In this document: positions 1 to 29,599 of the stretch, piece by piece
How positions within the stretch are numbered: position 1 is the stretch's first letter
Layout of the letters: the number at the start of each line of letters is the position of its first letter
Origin: the human T2T-CHM13v2.0 reference genome, Homo sapiens
Length of the DNA stretch: 64,000 nucleotides
Strand: one strand, 5' to 3'
Assembly (NCBI RefSeq): GCF_009914755.1
Contig: NC_060925.1
Notes under the pieces: generated by a model
What the model was told of the DNA's origin: nothing
The model's input: the letters and a program-made list of their open reading frames with translations, nothing else
Databases searched by the model: none
Made by a program: the position numbers and the translations under genes

Positions 1-877
1 AATACCCTTGTGATTTCCTATGCCTGTCTTTACTTTAATCTCTTAATCCCATCATTTTTGTAAGCTGAGGATGAATGTCACCTCAGGACCCTGTGATAAT
101 TGTGTTAACTGCACAAATTGTTTAAACAATATGAAATCTGGGCACCTTGAAAAAAGAACAGGATAACAGCAATGTTCAGGGAACAAGGGAGATAACCTTA
201 AACTCTGGCTGCCTGTGAGCTGGGTGGAACAGAGTCATATTTTTCTTCTTTCTAAATCAAATAGGAGAGATATCACTGAATTCTTTTTCTCAGCAAGGAA
301 CATCCCTGAGAAAGAGAATATGTCCCTAAGGGGAGGCCTCTGAAATGGCCGCTTTGGGGATGGCTGTCTTTTATGATCGTTGCTGAGGGATGAAATAAGC
401 TCTGGTCTCCTGTAGTGCTCCCAGGCTTATTAGGACGAGGAAATTCCTGCCTAATAAATTTTGGTCAGACTGGTTGTCTGCTCTCAAAACCCTGTCTCCT
501 GATAAGATGTTATCAATGACAATGCGTGCCCGAAGCTTCATTAGCAATTTTAATTTCGCCCCGGTCCTGTGGTCCTGTGAGCTCACCCTGCCTCCATTTG
601 CCTTGTGATATTTTATTACTTTGTGAAGCATGTGATCTCTGTGAGCCACACCCTATTAGTACACTCCCTCCACTTTTGAAAATCACTAATAAAAACTTGC
701 TGGTTTTATGGCTTAAGGGGCATCATGGAACCTGCCGACATGTGATGTCTCCCCCGGACACCCAGCTTTAAAATTGTTCTCTTTTGTACTCTGTCCCTTT
801 ATTTCTGAGACCAGCTGACACTTAGGGAAAATAGAAAAGAACCTATGTAAAATATTGGGGGTGAATTTCCCCCGATA
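1..877 (+). mobile_element. MER11-family LTR (HERV-K11/HML-8), cut by window edge
   Basis: Matches recalled MER11 consensus (aatacccttgtgatttcctatgcctgtc...; end gggggtgaatttcccccgata). Confidence 0.8.
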
Positions 878-2131
878 TCATCTCAAATTCCAAGAATTGT
901 TTTCTCACTTCCCAACTCAGATTGGCATGCCTTTCATCTGCTCCTGCAGCCACCAGGTACTTCTAAACTTAGGTTGATGTTTTCTCTATTACTTGACTGC
1001 ATTTGCTATTAGCCCCTGTGAACTGTGTGGGCAGGGCCAGGTTAGTGTAGTCTTAGATGCATCCTTAGATGTCACTACATCTAGGTGTATATATAGAATC
1101 AGCATTTAGTAGGTGAAGAAGTGGGTCATTTAATAGGACTTTAAACATCTCTGAGTGTGTTTGATCATGATGTCCCTGTCTCCACTTTCCTTGGGCCTCT
1201 GAATGTTAGGAGTACTGTTCTTTTTCTACATCATTTGATATCTCCCCCTGGGTTCCCTGGCCCTCTCCTTTATAATCACACACATCCATGTGGGAGGGAC
1301 TGGATTCTTGCTTGTCTTCCAAGGTGGTATTATTGTTTTACAGGAAAGGAAACTGAGGCCGCTTCCGGGACCAACCAAGACTGGACTCTCTGTCTCCAGT
1401 ATAGGCCCAAATCACACTGTCTCCTTCAACATTGAACCTGGCCATTTAGCCACACATGGATGGTTCAAAACTGAGATCCAAAGCTCAAAGAAAACCTTTT
1501 TGATGTCATAACTATTTGACAGTTACCTGAGTAGCCGTGAGGGCATTAAGCCAAGCAAGTAGAGGTTAAGCTGTCTCCTGACCTGCCCTCAGCCCACTGC
1601 TGTCTGTGCCTTTCTTACCTACTGCCCAATCAACCCTAAAAAAGGCTTGAGCAAGGGAGACATGTTGGGTTAACTGTGATCCAGCGACTTGTCTTTGTGT
1701 CTTACATGACTTTGCATCTGGTTATTCATTGATGTCTGATGTTAACTGGACAGGGGACATTTCTGTGCTCCTGAGAACTGAGTCTGAGTCTATATCTACT
1801 AAGAATAATTTAGTAAACAAAAATCAGGCATCTGGCAGATCTACAGGACAAGTGGAGAGCACAAGAAAAGCAATTGGCTGCTCAGAATTTGAGGAGCAGG
1901 GAAAAGAAAGCTGCTGCATCATTAGGCAGGGGTGGGAAGGCACCCAGACTGCAATGGGATGAGGCTCAAGGGGCAGACAGCTGGTTCAGTGAGCTAGAGA
2001 GTGGAGGAGGATATTAGGTTGTTTCAAGAAAGAAACAGAGGATACTAGAAGGTACATGCTGACTTCTGAAGGGTTGGGTAAGAGAGGACTCTTGGCCAGG
2101 GGTGGGTGATTGGCAGGAACCCAGGGCTTAC

Positions 2132-15423
<13,292 letters not shown>

Positions 15424-15720
15424 GAAGACCTGGACCACCAAGGGCTGAGATCAAAAGAGAAGTTTCCTCAATTCCAAAACAGGTTTGGACTTGATCTTAC
15501 AGTCAGGACACTGCACACCAGCTCCAAGGAGCACATCTGAGAAGCTGTGCTCTCAAAAAGAGCAGAATGCATTAGTGAATTGAAAAAAGGAAGTGGGAGT
15601 ACCCGTCTTCAGCTGCTAATCACAGTTTCCTACCCGATGATCAAAGAAAAAAAAAAGTTAAGGTTTTAAAAAATCAAATACCCTTGACCCTACATTTTTG
15701 CTATTGGGAAATTACCCTGA
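15424..15720 (-). promoter_or_regulatory. FCRL5: FCRL5 5' UTR and proximal promoter, with IRF-Ets composite motif (15582-15594) and kappaB-like site (15706-15717)
   Basis: Immediately upstream of ATG; GAAAAAAGGAAGTG and GGGAAATTACCC read directly; TSS position inferred. Confidence 0.6.
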
Positions 15721-17828
15721 AGGAAGTATCTGAAGAGAGTACTATAAGAACGTTTATTGTAGCATTCATTATTGCCTAAACACTGGAAACAAAACAAAAA
15801 ACCATGATATGGGGACTGTTTAAGAATATTCTGATTCATCCGTATGGTGACAAGCAATCATTAAAGAATAAGGTAAATCTGAACATGCCAAGAAGGGAAG
15901 ACCACCTTGTTTGATGTGAAGAGAATAAAAGTGAGATATAGATTGGTTTTGTAGTATTATCCCATTGGGTAAATATAAAAAATAGGATATATGTGTACAT
16001 CAACTCTTTTAAGTATACTTTCTTCTTTTCCTGGAAAGTACACACAAAAATATTGATTATGTTTGAGGAGCAATAGGTGGGAAGAACACAATTTATTTTA
16101 TGTATTTCTGTACCGTTTGATTTTTTAAAAAATTACCAGGTGAATGTATAGCTCTTATGATTTTCTAAAAGTCAAGTTTCCATCCTGGTATACTGGTCAA
16201 CAGAGGTTCCTAAGACATTAGCTGCCACGAGGAGTGCCAGTTTCTTTCTTTCAAATATTTTCTCACCCTTTCTCTCTGGGCCCATACCTTGGTCTTCCTA
16301 AGGGGGCATTTAATTTTATATCTACAAATGCACATCACCTTAGGTATATTATGTCACATCTGACCCACTGCACCCTGAGGCAAGAAAACCATACAGGGGT
16401 TACAGGGGTGAATAGAGATTAAGAGGAGAACTTCAAAGGGAACACAGAATCTTTACCTACTTTTGGTGCTAAAACAAATAGTGCTGCTATGAACATTCTT
16501 GTATACATTTATTGGGGCATATGCGCACATAATTCTGTTGGGTATATATCTGGGAGTGGAAGTCCTGGCTCATAAGGTATGCATATATTCAGTTTAGGAA
16601 GTATTACCAAATTATTTTCCAAAGTGGTTGTGCCAATTCCCACCACACCCACCAACCAATGTATGAGAGTTATCATTGTTCTAAAATTCTTGCTGATATT
16701 GGTATTGTCATCTAGTAAAATCTGGCCGTTCTGCTAGAATTATCTCAATGTGGTTTTAATTTGTATGTCTCTGGTGAATTTGAGAATGAGCATTTTTTCA
16801 TAGTCTAATTGGTGATGTAGATATCCTTTTTATGTGCAATCTCTGTTCAAATATTTCCTCATTTTTCTCTTAACTTTCAGTCTTTCTTTTCCTGTTTTGT
16901 AGTTATTTTAAACCCTGAATATAAACCTTTTGTTGGATATATGTATTGCAAATGTCTTCCTTCAATCTGTGGCTTGCTTCTTTGCTCATTGATAGTGCCT
17001 TTTGATGAACAACCATTCTAACTTTGACATAGTCCAGTTTATCAGTCTTCTCCTTTGTGGTTAGAGATTTTTGCATCCCTTCTAAGAAAGTTAGTCTACT
17101 CCAAGATCATAAAGATACTCTCCCAGGTTATCTTCTAGAAACTTTATTTTTTACCATTTATTTTATATTTATAAGAGCATTGCAATTGATTTTTGTGTAC
17201 AGTTTGAGTGTTTATATTCACTTTTAACTTAAATACAGATAATTTATCCTGCCCTATTTATTGAAAGTTGATTTTTTCCACAGTACAGTGCAATTTCACC
17301 TTTGTTATAAAACAAAAAGCCATGTAGGTCTATTTTTGGAAACTCCTTTCTTGTCCATTAGTCTATTTTGTCTATCCTCATGCCAATACCACACTCTTCT
17401 AATTATTGTGGCTTTATAATAACTCTTATTAACTGATAGTTTAAGTCATAAAATGCTGTTCTTCTTCAAAATTGTTATGGCTATTTTTGGCTTTTTGAAT
17501 TTTTCTATACATTTAAAAATCACCTTGTCAATTCCTGTCCCCTCTCTCCCCAAAAGCCTAGTAGATTTTTAATAACTGGGATTGCATTGGATTTATAAGT
17601 TAATTTGTATAAATTAGAAAAGATTTAGTCTCCCAATCCATAAACATACAATATCCCCTCATTTATTTAGGTTAACTTGACATTCTTTCAGTAATTTTCT
17701 ATAGCTTTGCCTCTGGAAAGTATATCTTTTGGTAGGTTTATCCTTAGGTTATTGATATGTTTTTTATGATATTGTAAGTGACATCATTAGATTTTTTTCT
17801 AAATGTATATTGGTATATAGAAATATAA

Positions 17829-18153
<325 letters not shown>

Positions 18154-18887
18154 TGACCTTTTAATATCTACTAAAATTGCGGAATTTACTTATTAATTTT
18201 AATAGTTTATCTTTAGGTTATTTTAGATTTCATGCAAACACAATCATATAATGATAGTTTTATTCATTATTTTTAATACTTAAACTTCCTTTTCTCTCAC
18301 TTATTGCACTGACTAGGAACTCAAACATGATACTAAAGAGAAGTGGTAATATCAGGTGTCCTGTCTTAGTCTCACAGAAAAAGCTCTTAATATTTCAATA
18401 TTAAATATAATATTTTCTGTAATTTTTTTTGGTGAATACTATGTATCAGATTAAATACCTTTCCTTATATTTCTAATTTGCTAAGAAATTTTCCTTTTTT
18501 CCTAAATAATGGATGCTGTTTCAGTAAATACCTTTATTGCCTCTATTAATATGATCATATGATTATTTACTTTTATTGTTAATATGATGAATTACATGGA
18601 TGATTATAAATGTAAAATCAACTGTGCATTCCAACTTGGCCATGATGTGTTATCTTTTTTATATATTCTTGAATTTGACTTATAAATTTGCTGTGCTTTT
18701 TAGCATTTGTGTTCATGAGGAAGATGGACCAATTTTCTTTCTTGATGAATTTTAGTAACAAAATTATATTGGTCTCATAAGCAAGCTCCTTCTTTTTCTA
18801 TTTTCGTGAAGAGTTTGTGTACGACTGATGTTATTTCTTCCTTAAATGTTTGGAAGATTTTACTGGTAAAGGTACTTACTTAGGCTT

Positions 18888-19660
18888 ATGAAAAAATGCT
18901 CACCATCACTGGCCATCAGAGAAATGCAAATCAAAACCACAATGAGATATCATCTCACACCAGTTAGAATGGCAATCATTAAAAAGTCAGGAAACAACAC
19001 GTGCTGGAGAGGATGTGGAGAAATAGGAACACTTTTACACTGTTGGTGGGAGTGTAAACTAGTTCAACCATTGTGGAAGTCAGTGTGGCGATTCCTCAGG
19101 AATCTGGAACTAGAAATACCATTTGACCCAGCCATCCCATTACTGGGTATATACCCAAAGGACTATAAATCATGCTGCTATAAAGGCACATGCACACGTA
19201 TGTTTACTGCGGCATTATTCACAATAGCAAAGACTTGGAACCAACCCAAATGTCCAACAATGATAGACTGGATTAAGAAAATGTGGCACGTGTACACCAT
19301 GGAATACTATGCAGCCATAAAAAATGAGTTCATGTCCTTTGTAGGGACACGGATGAAATTGGAAATCATCATTCTCAGTAAACTATGGCAAGAACAAAAA
19401 ACCAAACACCACATATTCTCACTCATAGGTGGGAATTGAACAATGAGAACACATGGACACAGGAAGGGGAACATCACACTCTGGGGACTGTTGTGGGGTG
19501 GGGGGAGGGGGGAGGGATAGCATTGGGAGATATACCTAATGCTAGATGACGAGTTAGTGGGTGCAGAGCACCAGCATGGCACATGTATACATATGTAACT
19601 AACCCGCACAATGTGCACATGTACCCTAAAACTTAAAGTATAATAATAATTAAAAAAAAG
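18888..19660 (+). mobile_element. 5'-truncated L1PA2-like element
   Basis: ORF2 C-terminus; 3' UTR gctagatgacGAGttagtggg (GAG rather than the ACA of L1HS-Ta); TSD tacttaggctt at 18877-18887 and 19661-19671. Confidence 0.9.
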
Positions 19661-21745
19661 TACTTAGGCTTGGAACTTTCTCTGGAGGAGGGCAAATTAC
19701 AGATTTGATTTTTAAAACTGATATGAGATTATTCAGATACTTTATTTCTTCTTGTGCCAGTTTTGATATGTTGTATATTTTTAGGAATTTGCTTATCAAT
19801 ATTTCCAAGTCTATTGGCACAACATTATTTACAATGTCCTCATTTATTTTTTAATATATTTGAGATCTGTAGTAATGTTTTTTATTTTTTCACTCATAAT
19901 ATTGATAACTGTCTTCTCTTAGTCATTCTTTTATTCTTGATCAGTCTCTAGAGGGAATCATCAATTGAATTAGCCTTTTCAAAGAACCTTTTGGCTTTGT
20001 TGATTTTTCTGTATTGTATGTTCATTTTCTATTTCATTAATTTCTCCTCTTTTCTTTAATATTTACTTCATTTTACCTTTTAAAAGTTAACTTGCTTTTT
20101 AAAAACTTCTTACAGGGATACTTAGGTCTTTGATTTTTTAATCTTTTATTTTCCAATATGCTATACAGTTTTGTCTAAGTGTGACTGCAATGTGTAAGTT
20201 TTGATATGTCATATCTCTATGATCATTTTGTTAAGAATATTATTAATTTCCATTAGGGTGTTCCTTCTGGCCAATGGGTTGTTTTGAAGTGTATTGTTTC
20301 TTTTCCTAATAGAGATTTTCATTTTTGTTGATATTAATCTCTAGTTTAATTCCACTGTGGTCTGAGAACATATTTTGTGATTTCAGTCTTTTGAAATATG
20401 TTGAAATTTGCTTTATGGGCTAGTACATAGTCACGTTTTGTAAATTTTCCATGTTTTCTTTAAAACAATGTATATTTGCAAATATTGGTGCAGCATTTCA
20501 TTTCTGTGAATTACATAATTTTATATTCTATATTGTGTTATTCAAATATCCTATGGTCTTACTATTTTTTCTAATATTCTATAAGTTACCAAGAGAATTA
20601 TGTTAGGGTTTTCCATTATCATGGTGAATTTGTCAACTTCCTTTTTATTTCTGTCTTTTTTTGTTTTATATTTTGAAGTTATTTTATGAAGCGCTTACAC
20701 ATTTAGAATTGTTACCTCTTCCTGATAATTTGACACACTCGCCATTATTAAATATCTCTCTTTATCTCTGTTTCTTGCCTGAAAGCCACACTGGGAGAGT
20801 CTCATCTACATTTGGACTTGATTCAGTTGATTGGATGCTATACTTAAAAACCCGAATCTGATGCTGTGTTTGCTGTAATGTTACTAATGACGTTCAGCTA
20901 ATCTGAGTATCTCGTTGAGCATGGTCCATTTATTGAACCATTGTTGTTTTAAGTCACAAGGTTTTGGCTTTTTTTTTTTTTAATGCAGCAATAGATAACT
21001 GAGATGGGCTTATTCCATCATGTTTAGGAATGTTCTTTTTTTATCACTAAGTGATAATCCAGTTATCTCTAGTAATGTTTGTTTTAAAATTTATTTTTCT
21101 TATTAGGTCAAACTTGTAAATCATGATATTCAAATCCACATCTTTTCTAATTTTAATCTATCTCAACTCTTGATTTCTTTTATAGCATAACTTTTGCATG
21201 CTTTAATTTTATCTCGTTCTTTGCAATTTTTATGGTTGTATGTTTTATTTCTCTTGAAATAAAGACATTTACTGCTCACAGAATACCCGTATGCTCCACA
21301 TTGTTCAGCTCTCATATAGTAGAGGACCATGTGACTAGATGTGTCCTATAGTCTGTGAGAGGAAGTAGTATGAGTTATTTCCAGGCTGACATATACAAGA
21401 GCAGACATGAAATGCCCCTGTATCACTTCTCTTGCTATTGGCACCAAACAGCCTATGTGATTCAGACAGTGCAGGTACAAAATGGTGAAGCCTCTATGAG
21501 CCTGGATCTGTTGCCAATTCATGTTGGACATGTAACTTGAGTTAAAATAAGCTATTATGTGTTGAGTCACTCAATTTTTAGGGTTGTTTCAAACTGTCTT
21601 CTTCTCACTAAAACACACTACCAGAACAATTCTAAATTACCATTTTTTCAAGCCTTACTGGAAACTATTTTGGTGCTCTTCATTAAATGCAAATCTAACT
21701 TTTGGCTTGAGATACATAATTGTTATTATATTAAGAAAAAGGTCT

Positions 21746-22067
<322 letters not shown>

Positions 22068-22219
22068 TCAGGACCATTTAAGTAAATTGCAATTATTCAC
22101 TCTTTGAAAGTTAGAAAGATTTATCTTTGAAACTATGTTATACTGATAGGTTTCTTAAATAGGATTGTTCCTTGGAAACTTTAAAATTCTACTATGATAA
22201 TTTATCTGTTTAAATTATC

Positions 22220-22807
22220 TTTTTTTTATACTTTAAGTTTTAGGGTACATGTGCACAATGTGCATGTTAGTTACATATGTATACATGTGCCATGTTGGTG
22301 TGCTGCACCCATTAACTCGTCATTTAACATTAGGTATATCTCCTAATGCTATCCCTCCCTCCTCCCCCCACCCAACAACAGGCCCCGGTGTGTGATGTTC
22401 CCCTTCCTGTGTCCATGTGTTCTCATTGTTCGACTCCCACCTGTGAGTGAGAGCATGTGGTGTTTGGTTTTTTGTCCTTGGGATAGTTTGCTGAGAATGA
22501 TGGTTTCCAGCTTCATCCATATCCCTACAAAGGACATGAACTCATCATTTTTTATGGCTGCATAGTATTCCATGGTGTATATGTGCCACATTTTCTTAAT
22601 CCAGTCTATCATTGTTGGACATTTGGGTCGGTTCCAAGTCTTTGCTACTGTGAATAGTGCCGCAATAAACATACGTGTGCATGTGTCTTTATAGCAGCAT
22701 GATTTATAATCCTTTGGGTATATACTCAGTAATGGGATGGCTGGGTCAAATGGTATTTCTAGTTCTAGATCCCTGAGGAATCACCACACTGACTTCCACA
22801 ATGGTTG
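22220..22807 (-). mobile_element. 5'-truncated L1PA 3' end
   Basis: Reverse complement of ORF2 C-terminus and 3' UTR. Confidence 0.92.
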
Positions 22808-23588
22808 GTCTGATTTAATACTTTATTATTTTAGCTGAATTAGACTTGTTTGATATTAACCTCATGATTCTTGTTCTTATTTGTTTGCATGGCTGTACAC
22901 TTTTGTCACCATTTTATCATGTCTCAGGCTACTTTGTTTTAGAATTATTTCTTGCATATAATATATGCTTGGGTTTTGTTTTTAGATTATAAATCTATTT
23001 CTTTGATAAAATTATCATATTTCCACATTCATAAGACAAAGGTGGTTGGTCTTAACTCTGTTATCTAATTCATGTTATCAAACTTTTTCTTTTAAATGTT
23101 TTATTTTCTTTCAATCCTTTGTATTTTTAAAGAGGGTACAGCACTGTTCATGTTTTGAAGGAGTTATAGTTTGTTCTTAGTTCAGTGGTTAACCTTGTAA
23201 CTGTAGTATTCTTATAGCTATCTTTCTTGATTTGACAATATCTACTTATTTCCTATTAAAAAAGAAAGGAATCGGCCTGCTATTACTTTGTCCCATATGT
23301 TTTCATATCCTCCACCTCCTGATTTTATTATTAATAGTATAATTTCTATATTCTCAGGGTTTATAACGTTTACACTGTGTTCTATAACCATAATTCTCAT
23401 AATTGCCTGATTTTAGTGTTATATTTAATTGAATTCAATAGTCCTCATAGGTTTTAAGTCATGTTTTGTCTTAAAGTGCCACAGTCATGGAGTTCTTGCA
23501 TGTTAGAAAGTATGTTTTTGCTTTATTCCTGAAATATATCTGGATTTAAAATTCTTGGGTTAATCTTTCTTCTCTTGAGGGTCTTTAA

Positions 23589-23957
<369 letters not shown>

Positions 23958-26773
23958 GTCCACCAAATTCTGTTTTAAAAAATCTCTGAAGTATAGTAAC
24001 TTTATCCAAATATGTCATGTTGCTAATTCTGTATCAGTTTTCTGGATGCTTTCTTCTATTATATCTTTAAATATTTTTCATTTGCATTTATTCTGTTGGC
24101 TTCAGAATACCACTTATGGGAATATTGGATATCTTTTATCTGTCACTCATATCAATTATTTTCTCTGTCATAATTTAAACCTTTGTTCTTTCCTATTTTA
24201 TTTTGTTTAGTTTTATCAAATCCATCTTTCATTACTATATTTTCAGCAATTTTTATTCATTTTTTGTTTTCTGATTTTAATATGGCTGATTTTCCTCTTC
24301 TGTTTTTTGAGCTTTGTTAATTTACCCTCAATATTCTTCTGTTTCTGCTACATTTTTTCAAGCCCAAAGTGTCATTATATGAAAAAAAGACTTTATTTTT
24401 AAAATTTCTCTGATGTCATGGAGAAGAGGTTGTCTGATTTTTTTTGGATGGCTGGGTGGCGTTGTGCTTCTTCTGCCTATACTGTTTTACTGCCTATGCT
24501 TTTTCATTCTGTCTACATGCCTGAATCCCATGCTAGTGACAGTCTGATTATGGCTTATCTCTCAACAAGGGCCACACTTTCCCAACTCTCTATTGACTGA
24601 AGAGCAGATTGTGGGACAAGCTGGGGTGTGAGCTGAGGCAGCAGACAGCTCAGACATAGGTATTTTGCTTCAGAGCATTTCCTCGCCATCTCTGCCATGT
24701 TTTCTTTCTTGAGAATCAAGAGGTGGTCCACCTGGCTTAGCATGACATCCTGTAGTTCACAGATTTTTTCCATGTGGTGATTTAGCATGTACTTCTCTTC
24801 AGGGAATAATGTTCACACCTGCAGAGCCAGTACTGTGTACCATCTCTCCTCACATCTGCAAAGTGCCTTATTCTGATCGGATGTCCCTGCTTTTTTGAGT
24901 GTTCTGTGGGACTTGAGGATGCTCCTACAGTCTCCATACTCCCAACACCTTGTCTTCTGAGTATGGGTTTACTGGTTTGGAGCTTCAGGACTTTGCCCCT
25001 TACTGTTGGAAAACTTGGAGCTTTTCCCGTAGATGTGTATTGGAGCCTGCGTTTCCTGCCACCTCATTTCTTCCCTTGGTTTGGTTTGAATTTCAATTTC
25101 ACTGTGATTAGAAGCTGCTCTCCAGCATTTATAAGTTGAGGAATGTGGGTTTTCAAAAGTTTCACTGAAGATGGAGTTTCTTTTTTTGTTTGTTTGTTTT
25201 TTGTTTGTTTTTTGGTCATTTGTGGTTGGTTTCAGTAAGTAAAATGTGGTAGATATGCCTTTTTCTCAACTGAAGGAGATCCTTACCCTTATCTCAATAA
25301 TGGTTGCCATATATTGGATGGTTACTGTAACACAGCATCACACCAGATACTTTGTAAATATTACCTTATTTAACCTTTGAATCAACAGGGAAAAAACACA
25401 GAAAATATTCTTTCAGGCAGGTATTTTTATCGTCATTTTATAGATGGGAAAAACTGAAGTTCAAAGAAATTGCATACTTTACTTTCAAGCATCTTGTAAG
25501 CCAAAAGGCACAATTAGTGGTAGACAGCTGTCTGAGCATGAGCCTAAAAAATTCAATAAAGAGCTTCAACAGTCACAGGTATCTGAACAGGAATCTAGAT
25601 GCAAGATCTTCCTTCAGCCAGCTGTAGCAGCAGCAGGGGCCATGGTTTAATGGTTACCTCTCAAGAGCAATTACTAGGAGCCTATTTTGGTGACAGGAAA
25701 TGGAAACTTAGAGTTCTGAAGTTTATAAATAAGCACTGTACTATTTACAACACAGAAAGATAAAAATTAAAGGTTCTTGGAGGGCGTATTTAAACAGGCA
25801 GTGTGGAATTAACCACAGTAATCTCATGATCACTGAGTGGGCTTGGAGTAGCTCTCGGGCTCTGTCAGTCAGTTTGGAGAGTGGGCAGAGCCTCTCAGGA
25901 GCTCCTGGAGGGATGAGCAGAATTTTGTATGCTGACAAGCAGGATGCTGTGGCCACAAAGTGTACTATGGTAAAGGGGGAGAGAGAGTTGATACAGATGA
26001 AGAGAAAGTGTTGGCAGTGAAAACAAATCTGGGCAAAAAGAAGCTTTAATTTCTTAAATGTTAATATTGGATTTTCCTGAGGGAAAGTCTTACAGGCAAT
26101 GTTCTGTCACGATGGAGAGGTGAAGGAGCACGGGCATTGTTACCAGAAAAACTCAGGGCTCTGCCACTCACCAGCTAGGTGACCCTGAGAAAATTATTAA
26201 ACTCGAGCTTAAGTGTCTTCATCCTAAAAATGGGGACCACGATGCCCACCTCACTAGGATGGTGTGAAAAATCACAGGAGATAACTCAATATATTCAAAA
26301 CCTTTGTCTGCATGACACCAAAATCTCTTGCTTTTTCAAAGTTCTATTCACTTTCTGCACTTCAGCCTTTCTACCAGTTGTCTTTACTTGTGGTAATGCA
26401 TGCTTATTAAAAATCCCTGGGTGACTGCCTATGTATTTAACAGCTCTATTGATGTACAATATTTAATGATAGTATTCACTCGTTTTATCACCATCATCTA
26501 ATTTTAGAACATTTTCACTACCTCAGAAAGAAACCTGGCATCCATTTGCAGTCACTCTCAATTCCCACCAACAACCCAGGCAACTAACTGATTACCACCA
26601 TTTGACTTTCTTTCTCTATAAAGTTGCCTATTTTGAACACAGAAATGAATTCATATAATTTGTTCCCTTTTGTATCTGGCTTCTTTCAATGAGTATAATG
26701 TTTCTGAGGCTCATCCATATAATAGCATACATCACTACTTTGTGAATTTGTATTTTGCAGTTTAAATCTTCTA

Positions 26774-27148
<375 letters not shown>

Positions 27149-27804
27149 CTACCTATACCAACCTGAGTGTGTTAAATAAGGGCAACAGCTAGAGATGAGG
27201 AAAGAAAATGTCTCGATGTCCACCATAAGCAGCTGCTCAGACTTCCTGGGCATGCCACTCATGCTTTTGGGTTACATTGCATTCTTGCTGCTAATTTTGC
27301 AACTATATTCAAAAGGAATATTTGGTCAGATTAAATTGGCCCCTTGACTTTGTCCCTGAATGCTGGCCATCCTCTTTTTGTGTGCTGTGGCTTTGCTTAC
27401 TTGAACAGGGTTCTAGGAACAAAAGCTCTGCAGCCTTCAAACTCTTTGCTAGTTCTCCAGTATGTGCCCATTCCCACACCTAAATCAACCCGTGGATACT
27501 TCCTGTTATTTTGTTTGTATTGACTTTTTTCTTCCTTTTTAATAGCTACCTGCTAATATTTAGGAAAAAGAATAATTGAAACAGGGAGGTATCATTAGAT
27601 TTGTTAAGCAAATCTCCTCCCATCTTAGGATACATGCTGGGCCTGCCAAGGTGACTCTCATCTAAAATCTCTGCACAAAGACTCTTCTCTTCTTTGTGGC
27701 TCTTCTCCCACTCAGCTGTCTCAATACAGCATTGGCCTTGTTTATTCAGACGCTGATCCTTGGCAATGGAGAAAGCTTGTTATATGGAAAGAACATAGGT
27801 TTTG

Positions 27805-28254
<450 letters not shown>

Positions 28255-28622
28255 TTATAGTTGTCGTCAGGATTAAATGAGATGTTTGTAAAGTATATTA
28301 CAAGCACATAGCAGAAGCTGCATAAATAGCAGTTATAAAGTGTATCAGCCTACCACCCTGAACTCTTGCCTTAGTTCTTCTTTCCAGTCACACAATTACT
28401 ATTTCATCAAGGCTGTTCTTAGTCCAGGGCTTTCAGGCTCAGTAGCCTCCTAAGCCCAGCACAGTCATGGTCAGAAATTCCAATGACAGGTTGAAATAGT
28501 TGCAAATAATTTATTAAAAGAGAGTAAGAACTTGTTTGGGGCCTGTTTAATTCTAGAAGATCAATTCCCTATTGGAGAGCCCTCCTACCAGCCTCTTGTG
28601 ACTTGATGAAAATATCCAACCA

Positions 28623-29599
28623 CAGGTGGCTTCCTTGGATATGTCCGGTGTGGTCACACAGGGCCCAGCACTCAGAAGGGCCCTGAGCTTGGTTTAATGC
28701 TTTGTTGTTGCCATCTTGAAACTTGTAATAGTTCTATCTTCGAACTTGTGTTTGGTACATGAAGTCTAATTGGATAAGAGTCTGTGCATGAGCTGAGGAG
28801 ATACTTGCAATATGCATGTCCACATTTGCAATATCACATGATCCCAGTATTTCTAGTGTACCCACAATGAGTGGGACTTCAGTGAGATGCAAAGCAAGTA
28901 CAAGGTAAGTGTATGACATCAATGACCGACAACCCTAAGAAGACATCACTTTCCATTTGATCCAGATCTTGCTTCTCATATAGAAAGAAGGCAGTGGTGT
29001 TTCTAAGAAACAAACAGCCAAGGAACTCTATCTATTGTATCTTTCTTATGTTACGTCCCTATATTAGCTAATCACTTTCATTGAAAGGATTCATCCCATT
29101 CCATTCAAAGAATGAAAGGGAAAGATAGGGCAACCTGGAGTTGTTTTACCTTTCACTCCTTCCATTCTCATCAATAAACCAAAGGTAGAAAGTGTTGTTA
29201 GAATGTGCACATATCAAGAAATAAAATAAAAAGAATTGTGTATTTTTTTGAATTATGTAGCATTTCCACTGTTCCGATAAGAACAAAATGCCTGCGTGTA
29301 TAAGCTACGAAGTAAGTATTGTCTAATTTTAATAATCCTGCATACTACTTAAATGCTTTTATAGTGCAAAATATAAAGATGAACAGTAAAAATTCACACT
29401 GATAATTTAAAATGTCATTTTTTTTCTTCTTTTAGAATGACATTAAATAGCAAATAAAAAGCATCTCATGACAAGTTAAGGGAGAGACCATGGAATAAAG
29501 GAAAAAGTGCCTTTAATGGCACCTTTTTTCTTGCTTTTTGAACAAGGGCCTTGCATTTTCTTTTTGCGCTCAGCCCCACAAATCATGTAGCCAGTTTTG
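28623..29599 (+). mobile_element. MER45-family (hAT-Tip100) DNA transposon remnant, probably MER45B
   Basis: Ends match recalled MER45 termini (cagggccc..cagaagggccc..cttggtttaatgc; ...ccccacaaatcatgtagccag). Confidence 0.7.

Noticed and set aside
15547-15565. Small hairpin tgctct-caaaa-agagca near the FCRL5 start region
   Set aside because: A 6-bp stem is expected by chance and is not shared with FCRL4
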